DNA from: Candidatus Bathyarchaeia archaeon | GTDB lineage: Archaea > Thermoproteota > Bathyarchaeia > Bathyarchaeales > Bathycorpusculaceae | Length of the DNA stretch: 64,000 bases | Assembly: GCA_038883795.1 (NCBI GenBank) | Contig: JAVZLK010000002.1 | Location: forward strand, 96,001-160,000 | Direction of reading: 5' to 3' | Shown: positions 8,399-14,839 of the stretch, one piece after another | Numbering within the stretch: position 1 is the first letter of the stretch | Layout: the number at the start of each line of letters is the position of its first letter | Translations under genes and position numbers: made by a program | The notes under the pieces: generated by a model | Told to the model about the DNA's origin: nothing | What the model saw: only the letters and a program-made list of their open reading frames with translations | The model's database searches: none

Positions 8399-9517
8399 TC
8401 AATTTCTGAAAAAGGTTGTAAGCTCAGAGTTGGGAATAAACTTATGGAAGATTAAGCATTTATCAGACAGCGTATATCTAATAAGTTCCAGATTTGTTGG
8501 TTTATTTTCTTGTAAAAATTTCACAGCATCGCTTGAGAATTCTTTTGCACATAGGTAACCATATACTTTGCTTAAATTGTTTTCACAGAGAAACTCTGCT
8601 ATCCAAACCATATACTTGACAAGTTGGTTAATATGCTCAAAAGACGCTTCTTTAGTTTTTAACTCTATGATCTTATATATTCTGCAATCGTTTCTTTCCA
8701 GAAAACCAAAGACATCCATGAATTTTATGTAGAAAGAGCGAATGGTATTAGCAATGAAGCTAAAATCTCCAAAGATATTTTTAATATTTTCATGCGCCTT
8801 TAAATCCTCTGGCTCAAAGGCATTAGCCATAATCCACGCTTCCATTAATTTTTCATCTCTAACAAGACCATTAATAGGAACCAAAGGCAATTCTATCTTT
8901 TTAAAATTGGACAAATTTTTTGAAAATACACTCGAATTAGAAGGCCCTTTTGGATTATTCTTTCGAAGCAGTTCAATCAGTTTTTTACCCTCTTCAGGTA
9001 ATAGTGGTCTGACAGTTTTTTCTTTATCTTCATACTTCCATCTTTCTGGGATAGTCCATATGCCTTTACAAAGATCTTTTAACTTAAAAACTTCATTTGC
9101 ATCAAAACCTTCATCAAAATAGAGACCCTCATCAGATTTAATAGAAATTTGCCAAAGAAAGTCGCTTTCAGACAAGGAAGGTAACTTTTTATTAACCAAT
9201 TTTTCTTTTAATAAATTACTACTTCTAAATTCCTCAGGGATTGAAGGATTTTCCAGAAATGTGCTTTCAGCTCTAAAGGCACCAAAAATTTTTTGTTCAC
9301 CTTTCACATGTATAAAAATTTGATCATCTTTCTTCACCCTTTTTAGATCAGCGAATATATCATAAATAGTAGCAAGCAAAGCATTTAATTCTGCAATACT
9401 AAGCGATTTTTGTTTTGTATTCCTATAGTATTTTTTGGGAAGACGGACGCCTATATATCCTTCTCTAAGAAATTGTAAAAATGTTGATTTATTATCTACG
9501 CTTATTATATGCGGCAT
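8399..9517 (-). CDS. EVE/PUA-like domain + NucS-like PD-(D/E)XK nuclease (putative modification-dependent restriction enzyme)
   Basis: N-terminal LKRVKKDDQIFIHVKG..IFGAFRAES (EVE-like); C-terminal EKLMEAWI...MDVF...IIELK...INQLVKY (NucS/Mrr-like). Confidence 0.7.
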   Translation of the reverse strand: MPHIISVDNKSTFLQFLREGYIGVRLPKKYYRNTKQKSLSIAELNALLATIYDIFADLKRVKKDDQIFIHVKGEQKIFGAFRAESTFLENPSIPEEFRSSNLLKEKLVNKKLPSLSESDFLWQISIKSDEGLYFDEGFDANEVFKLKDLCKGIWTIPERWKYEDKEKTVRPLLPEEGKKLIELLRKNNPKGPSNSSVFSKNLSNFKKIELPLVPINGLVRDEKLMEAWIMANAFEPEDLKAHENIKNIFGDFSFIANTIRSFYIKFMDVFGFLERNDCRIYKIIELKTKEASFEHINQLVKYMVWIAEFLCENNLSKVYGYLCAKEFSSDAVKFLQENKPTNLELIRYTLSDKCLIFHKFIPNSELTTFFRN

Positions 9518-9703
9518 AACTTACTAAGATAAGATCATACTCTCACACTCAATAAAAGATTTATGTTAGGAGCCATCAATGTTGGAACAATTCAAAATCC
9601 TGAAATTTGAACTTGTGTTTAGAGGTCATATTCTCGACATCTCTTTGTATGATTCTGTCAAAATCTGGCAAAAAAGACTACTCAATGTTGTGAAAATTTA
9701 AAA

Positions 9704-9773
9704 TTCTGTTTTCCGTTTTTCGATTTTCGGTTTTCCGTATTTCGTTTTTCGGTTTTTCCGAGTTGCGTTTTTT
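9704..9773 (+). repeat. Tandem 22-bp repeat built of TTTT(C)CG subunits
   Basis: TTTTCCGTTTTTCGATTTTCGG (9709-9730) and TTTTCCGTATTTCGTTTTTCGG (9731-9752), 20/22 identical, plus a degenerate third copy. Confidence 0.75.
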
Positions 9774-9791
9774 ATTAAACGTTTATATATA
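9772..9791 (+). promoter_or_regulatory. Archaeal TATA box for the RHH-nuclease operon
   Basis: TTTATATATA at 9782-9791, about 30 nt before the 83 aa ORF. Confidence 0.55.
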
Positions 9792-9819
9792 ATCCGTTTC
9801 GTTAACTAAGCGAAAAAAG

Positions 9820-10071
9820 TTGATAATAATGAGCGAAAAAGAGAAAAATCCAAAAGCCTGCCCATTATTGGTTAGCGATAACCCTAAGGACATTAAAAAG
9901 CTGAAACTTGAAAAAGGACAATGCCCAATTCCACCTATCCTTATGAATGCAAAACTTAGCAATATCGCCGAGACGGCTGGCGTTTCCGTTGAGCGAATGT
10001 TTGAAGCTTTGGTTAACATCACAATAGAAGAGTTGTGCTCAAAAGGTTTACTTAATCTGGTGAGAAAATGA
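9820..10071 (+). CDS. Small protein with RHH-like C-terminal half
   Basis: PIPPILMNAKLSNIAETAGVSVERMFEALV fits a beta-helix-G-x-S-helix pattern; ATGA overlap with the next gene. Confidence 0.6.
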   Translation: MIIMSEKEKNPKACPLLVSDNPKDIKKLKLEKGQCPIPPILMNAKLSNIAETAGVSVERMFEALVNITIEELCSKGLLNLVRK

Positions 10072-10712
10072 TGATAACTATTCATTGGCGAACAGTCCGT
10101 AAAATCTGGCGTGAATTAGCTGGTAAAAAACCTTCTCCTCAAACAAGGCATATATCGATTAACGGGCATGATGTTGTTGAAGTAATATTTACAGAAGAGC
10201 AAGCAAATGTAGTTATCGAAAGAGCTGACATAAAAGGCACAGATGCTATTAAAAAAGGTAAAAAGGGACCTATTGTTACTTTAAACCCGATGCATTTAAA
10301 TAGAGTTGGTTTCTTAGGACAAGTTGCATTTTATATATACGCTTTCGCTGATTTTAAAAAAGGTTTAGAATTAATTAAAATAGGGTATCAACCAGATATC
10401 ACCGATGTAGTTTTTAAGGGTTACCAGATTGATATAAAGACTCGTTCTAAACATTGGCATGATTGGCTTATGGTTCCAGAATTTCAATTTAAGAATAAAT
10501 TACACGATTTTTACGTTGGTTGTAGGCTTATGAGAGAAAATCCGTATATTATTCAAATATGGGGTTATGCAACTCGCAAAGAATTAGAAGAAGTTGAACC
10601 TTCCGATAAGTGGGGATATGATTTAACCAGAGCGATACCGTTTAAAAATCTTCACCCCGTTATTGAATTAAGAGATTTACGAATTAAAAAACCTCTTCAA
10701 TCATTCTTTTAA
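10068..10712 (+). CDS. Putative PD-(D/E)XK restriction-fold nuclease
   Basis: GFLGQVAF helix, then PDITDVVFKGYQIDIKT (D...D-x-K), DFYVGC and IWGYAT strands. Confidence 0.7.
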   Translation: MMITIHWRTVRKIWRELAGKKPSPQTRHISINGHDVVEVIFTEEQANVVIERADIKGTDAIKKGKKGPIVTLNPMHLNRVGFLGQVAFYIYAFADFKKGLELIKIGYQPDITDVVFKGYQIDIKTRSKHWHDWLMVPEFQFKNKLHDFYVGCRLMRENPYIIQIWGYATRKELEEVEPSDKWGYDLTRAIPFKNLHPVIELRDLRIKKPLQSFF

Positions 10713-11645
10713 ATCTCAACCTGATTCGTAATTAGCGTTTAAATCTCGTGTTCAGTGCATCAACTTTTCGCTCGATAAGTTACCCTTCACCTCGGTTAAG
10801 AATAACCTCGTAAAATCGTGATGCACTAAACACAACATTTAAACGCTGATTTAAAAAAGCAACGAGATTTAGTGGCACGATTCGGTGCAATGTCTCTTCG
10901 CTTCACATGCTAGAGGATAGGTATAGCGGAAAACTCGACTCACGCTAATACGTATCTCCTAACCGATGAAACAAAGAGACATTGAATTGTTTCAACCTTT
11001 CTACCTCGAGAGAATAGGTCTGCGAAAATCTGCGTCTTAACGTGCCCTATATCCTACCGAGGTTGAAAGGTAGAAACGATAGTGCAAAGACTCTGTGTTT
11101 CTGTCGTCGGAGGCGTATAGTCAGTTCGGGAGGCAGTCCGGAGCAGCACCTATCCCCTAGGCGCAGAAACACAGAGACATTGCAGATTTACCCGATGCAC
11201 AATTTGAATACATAAAATTGAAAAATTGGTTCTCGTTTAAGAAAAATTCTGCTCACCCTATAACGCCTTTTTCTTTTTCCTTAATTGAAAATAAGCCTAT
11301 TAAGGATGAAGCACAGTTTTTCTTAAACGAGCTTCAATTTTTCAATTTTACAAAATGGGATAATACATGGAATTAGAACTTTAGTGGGTTATATCGCTTA
11401 AAGTTTGAGATTTTGAGATTTAGACTTTATAGCAGAATTTCGGGAAGGAAGAGATAGTAAGTTAGTTTAAAAGTTATCACTTTTGAAGAGGGTATATCTC
11501 TCCCTACGGTTTTTGCTATTAGACCCTAAATCTCAAAATATTGAATGTTGAATTGCGGGAAAATTTTTGCGCAAAAGCATGATAAACGCAGAATTATCAA
11601 GCGTTTAGGCACGGTTTGTTCGCTGATTTTTTAAGATTTTTCCGC
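10710..11645 (+). ncRNA. Array of 7 long imperfect hairpins plus 1 short one; putative structured ncRNA or ssDNA hairpin array
   Basis: Inverted-repeat units 10730-10851, 10888-10984, 10986-11080, 11083-11184, 11213-11350, 11377-11406 (short), 11410-11539, 11555-11645; no ORF; strand inferred from the upstream operon and uncertain. Confidence 0.65.
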
Positions 11646-11757
11646 CAAAAGAGTATACCGCACAAAAACAATCAACAAGCTAAGATTATGGAACATAATT
11701 AATTAGGAGGTATAATCGAATCACCGTCCGCTATAACGAAATTTTTTGGGTGCGAAG

Positions 11758-13026
11758 TTACCGTTTTACGATAACCTCGCCATTTGAAAGCCTGTGAACG
11801 ATTTGCCAGCCAGCTTTAAGATATTGCAGAAGTTGGCTTTCGGGAATCTGTTCAAAAGTTTCGTTTAAACCCGCTCCATCTGGGTTCGTGTCGCTTTCCT
11901 TCATTAAATCTTCGAATTCTTTCTCCGTCATCCAGCGTTTCGCACGGTGACCGTATAAAGTCATTAATTCAGCGAAGAATCGTTTGCGTTCTTCAGCGTT
12001 TAAAGTTTCCATTCTGGCTTTTATTTCGGCTTTAAGCAGTTCGTCATGTTCAGGTTTCGGCTGTAAATCAATTAAGTGGTAAGCCTTTGCGTATATGTCT
12101 CTTTGAATGTTTTCAGAGGGAATTACGTAGCGGCTTTCAATGTCGCTCATTTTCAATTTATGTCCCATCCAATAACGCAATATTATGGGGTGCCTAATTT
12201 CTAAAGCCATATACGTTTCAAACAGCTTTCTTATTCGATGCGGTGAAGCTTTAACGCCGACTTTTTCGCCGAGCCTTTCCACTATTTTCGAAAGACAATC
12301 TAAACCGAGTTTTTCGTAAGGTTTTCTGTTGCTTACGGTTAATGGTGTATTATCGTTTATCGTTTCGCCCCGTTTACGCCTTAAATCCAAATATAACCTT
12401 AAAACTTCAATGGCGTTTGGTCCAAGCCAAGTTTCATATCGCACCTGTTCTTTACGCCTGATAACGTGTATGTGTATGAATTGTTCGCCTTTTTCAAAAT
12501 CTCGTTTTATGTCGCCGTAAGTTAATTCGATAAAATCTTCTCTGCTCATGCCTGAATCTTTTAAGCCTCGAATTATCCACCTTTGCTGAACAGTTGCGAC
12601 GTTATCTATTTTCTTAAATTCTTCAATCGTTAAAGGTTTAAGACCTTCAATAATGCCTACGCTCGGTGTTCCTATGTCCAATTTTATTCGACAGTTATAT
12701 TTGATTAGGCTTTTTACGGTTGCGTGAACGCTTGAGGCTACGTTTTTGGTGAAACCTCTGTTTTTGACAAGCCAATTTACGAATAAGTCAAGTTTAACAT
12801 CCCAATCTTCTAAGGCTTTGTCTAAATCCGCTTTTGCCTCAGTTTCCCATTTAGCCACCGTTTCATCAGGGTTTAACCCGCTGAATTCATGCCAAAGCAT
12901 AAGATTTCGTGAATAAATGCGTTCGGTTCTTTTGCTTCCGCTTTTCTTTGCTGCAAGCCTTTCAAATAATCTTTGAACGGTTTTAAACTGTTTCGCCCAC
13001 TTTTCATATTTGCTTTCGCTTTCCAT
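11758..13026 (-). CDS. Tyrosine recombinase/integrase
   Basis: SGMSREDF (box I, atypical), RRKEQ, HRIRK, WMGH, SRY catalytic pattern; C-terminal YLKAGWQIV...GEVIVKR tail seen in archaeal integrases. Confidence 0.9.
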   Translation of the reverse strand: MESESKYEKWAKQFKTVQRLFERLAAKKSGSKRTERIYSRNLMLWHEFSGLNPDETVAKWETEAKADLDKALEDWDVKLDLFVNWLVKNRGFTKNVASSVHATVKSLIKYNCRIKLDIGTPSVGIIEGLKPLTIEEFKKIDNVATVQQRWIIRGLKDSGMSREDFIELTYGDIKRDFEKGEQFIHIHVIRRKEQVRYETWLGPNAIEVLRLYLDLRRKRGETINDNTPLTVSNRKPYEKLGLDCLSKIVERLGEKVGVKASPHRIRKLFETYMALEIRHPIILRYWMGHKLKMSDIESRYVIPSENIQRDIYAKAYHLIDLQPKPEHDELLKAEIKARMETLNAEERKRFFAELMTLYGHRAKRWMTEKEFEDLMKESDTNPDGAGLNETFEQIPESQLLQYLKAGWQIVHRLSNGEVIVKR

Positions 13027-13167
13027 TTTTCCACTTCCTTTAAATTAGACACTTTGCGCTTCCGCCCCTGAAGCCACGTAGTTGCTCACGTCCGTAAGGG
13101 CGCTTACGGTTTAAAAAAAAGGCGGGGATATTTTTAAACTTTATTTTATTGGACGTTTTTGTTTATT

Positions 13168-13179
13168 AAAATATACTTT
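13168..13179 (+). repeat. Candidate attR core (AAAATATACTTT)
   Basis: Identical to 5230-5241; about 140 bp upstream of the integrase start. Confidence 0.6.
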
Positions 13180-13269
13180 ATGGAACAACAAACTCATGCT
13201 TAAGACCGTGGTTTTACCAATAACTTTTTCTGTTTTCTCCCTTATTGTAATGTTTGGGGAAACCTAACA

Positions 13270-14358
13270 GTGCGTTACGTTCTCTTCAAAGATTATGATG
13301 GCACAACCTACGAAATTGAAATGCCATTAACTTCAAAAGTTAACTACGAAACTATCAGAAAAAGCCTTGAAATACCAGATTATGTTGACAAATCAAGTTT
13401 CACCATGGAAAGAGGCTTAGTTACCATTTGGGCTGGGCTTAACGCTCACAAAGTAAAAGAATTTTCTCCAACAGTATCTCTTCAAAAACCCATCAGAGAA
13501 CCCATACCAACTTTATTCTTTGGCGGGGCAGCAGTTCGCATGCTATCTCCAAGCGCAAACAAACCTTCAAGCCCCTTCTTCCGCGAATTAAACGACATAG
13601 ACTTAATTGCTCCCAAAAACCGCGCCCAAGACCTCTACAAATTATTGTTATCCCTTGGCGAAATTTGTGGAACAAGATATTACCATTTCGCAGCCCGTTC
13701 CGACTGCAGATTTAACGCTATGAGGGCTGGAAAACGTTACCGTGTTAGAACCATCGAAAAAATCCTTGAAGATGACTCACTAGAATGTGGAGTCCTTGAC
13801 ATATTCACAGACGCCGTGGACCTTAGGCATAAAGTTGACGTCCGCGAAGAATTCAACTTTCCAAAAGAAAACTTGTATACAATAGGCATTGAAAACGTCA
13901 TCCTCTCCAAATGTCAATTTATCTTTGACGTGCCAGTTTCCGTCCGAAATGAGCTTACCCGCCAGCACATGGAATATCGAGTTCTCAACTACCCCCATTA
14001 TAAAAGTGACCGCCTTTTGATTGGTATAGAAGAGAAGGACATGAAAGACGTATGCGCATTATTCTTTGACCACGAAATTGGCAACCAAAAAGATAACATA
14101 AACCCAGACAAAATGCGCAAAATTCTTGAAAAGGATAAGAAGTTTGCCTTAACTTTCCGGCTCAATCTCGAAAACATATTAAGAAATGATGTGGTTCTTC
14201 AAGGGATAGGGTTCTCAAAGGCAGATATTACAAAAATTTTCTCCCGCATACAGAAGATCTTAGATGCTATGCCAAAAGTGGAGAAGAAATGGAGTAGTCC
14301 ATGGTGGAACGTTGATGTGGAAACTCCTCAAATAGTTGGGAAAAGCCACATTTCATAG
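13270..14358 (+). CDS. Pol-beta-superfamily nucleotidyltransferase-like protein
   Basis: FGGAAV...RELNDIDL (GG + DxD), LDIF third acidic strand, KDMKD helix. Confidence 0.6.
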   Translation: MRYVLFKDYDGTTYEIEMPLTSKVNYETIRKSLEIPDYVDKSSFTMERGLVTIWAGLNAHKVKEFSPTVSLQKPIREPIPTLFFGGAAVRMLSPSANKPSSPFFRELNDIDLIAPKNRAQDLYKLLLSLGEICGTRYYHFAARSDCRFNAMRAGKRYRVRTIEKILEDDSLECGVLDIFTDAVDLRHKVDVREEFNFPKENLYTIGIENVILSKCQFIFDVPVSVRNELTRQHMEYRVLNYPHYKSDRLLIGIEEKDMKDVCALFFDHEIGNQKDNINPDKMRKILEKDKKFALTFRLNLENILRNDVVLQGIGFSKADITKIFSRIQKILDAMPKVEKKWSSPWWNVDVETPQIVGKSHIS

Positions 14359-14478
14359 AAACAGTTTTCATTAAAACGTAACGGATTCATTATCCTTTGA
14401 TGATTTTAATTGGCAAAACTTTAAATGGAGTTCCCTAATTGTTAAAGGGCGAGAAGAGTTTCGCAAGGAGAATATTGA

Positions 14479-14754
14479 ATGGGTAATGTTATAATTTCGT
14501 ACAAGATATTTCCAACAGACGTGATCGTGGACTTTACTAATTTGAAAAAGAAAATTGAAAAATGCTTGCCCGAATTTGCATCCGTTTATGGATACGGCGA
14601 AGAACCCATAGCCTTTGGCTTAAAAGCCTTAATAGCACACATAAAATTTCCAGAAGACAAAACTGGCATGCTGGATGAATTTGAAAAGAAACTTGAAGCA
14701 GTGGGTGAAATAAGCCAGGTGCAAACGATTATGGTGCGTAGGGTGAGCAGATAA
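14479..14754 (+). CDS. ef1b: Translation elongation factor 1-beta
   Basis: KIFP...EEPIAFGLKAL motif, 91 aa. Confidence 0.95.
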   Translation: MGNVIISYKIFPTDVIVDFTNLKKKIEKCLPEFASVYGYGEEPIAFGLKALIAHIKFPEDKTGMLDEFEKKLEAVGEISQVQTIMVRRVSR

Positions 14755-14839
14755 CCTTAAACGATTGTTTTAAACATTTATATAGGAATGAATCTTTGCT
14801 TTGAAACATATTACGATGCAAATAACGGAGGAATTCTAA

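Larger units (their letters stand above)
5230..13179. mobile_element. Integrative element (tyrosine integrase, restriction cargo, hairpin array)
   Basis: Integrase at right end; 12-bp direct repeat AAAATATACTTT at 5230-5241 and 13168-13179; AT-rich defence genes inside; inserted between two divergent host genes. Confidence 0.75.

Noticed and set aside
10344-10860. CGCTGATTT(T)AAAAAAG shared between the nuclease gene and the H1 3' flank as a self-targeting guide
   Set aside because: Short, gapped and AT-rich; compatible with chance.
10710-11645. CRISPR array
   Set aside because: No identical 24-48 bp direct repeats with regular spacers and no cas genes; the units are long inverted repeats of differing sequence.
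10710-11757. Simple bidirectional terminator between convergent genes
   Set aside because: Seven 90-140 nt hairpins over about 1 kb far exceed a terminator, and archaeal terminators are mostly U-tracts.
10710-13026. Classical integron (intI + attC array)
   Set aside because: Hairpins lack consistent RYYYAAC/GTTRRRY ends, no cassette ORFs lie between them, and no IntI-specific insertion is recognisable in the integrase; kept only as an analogy.
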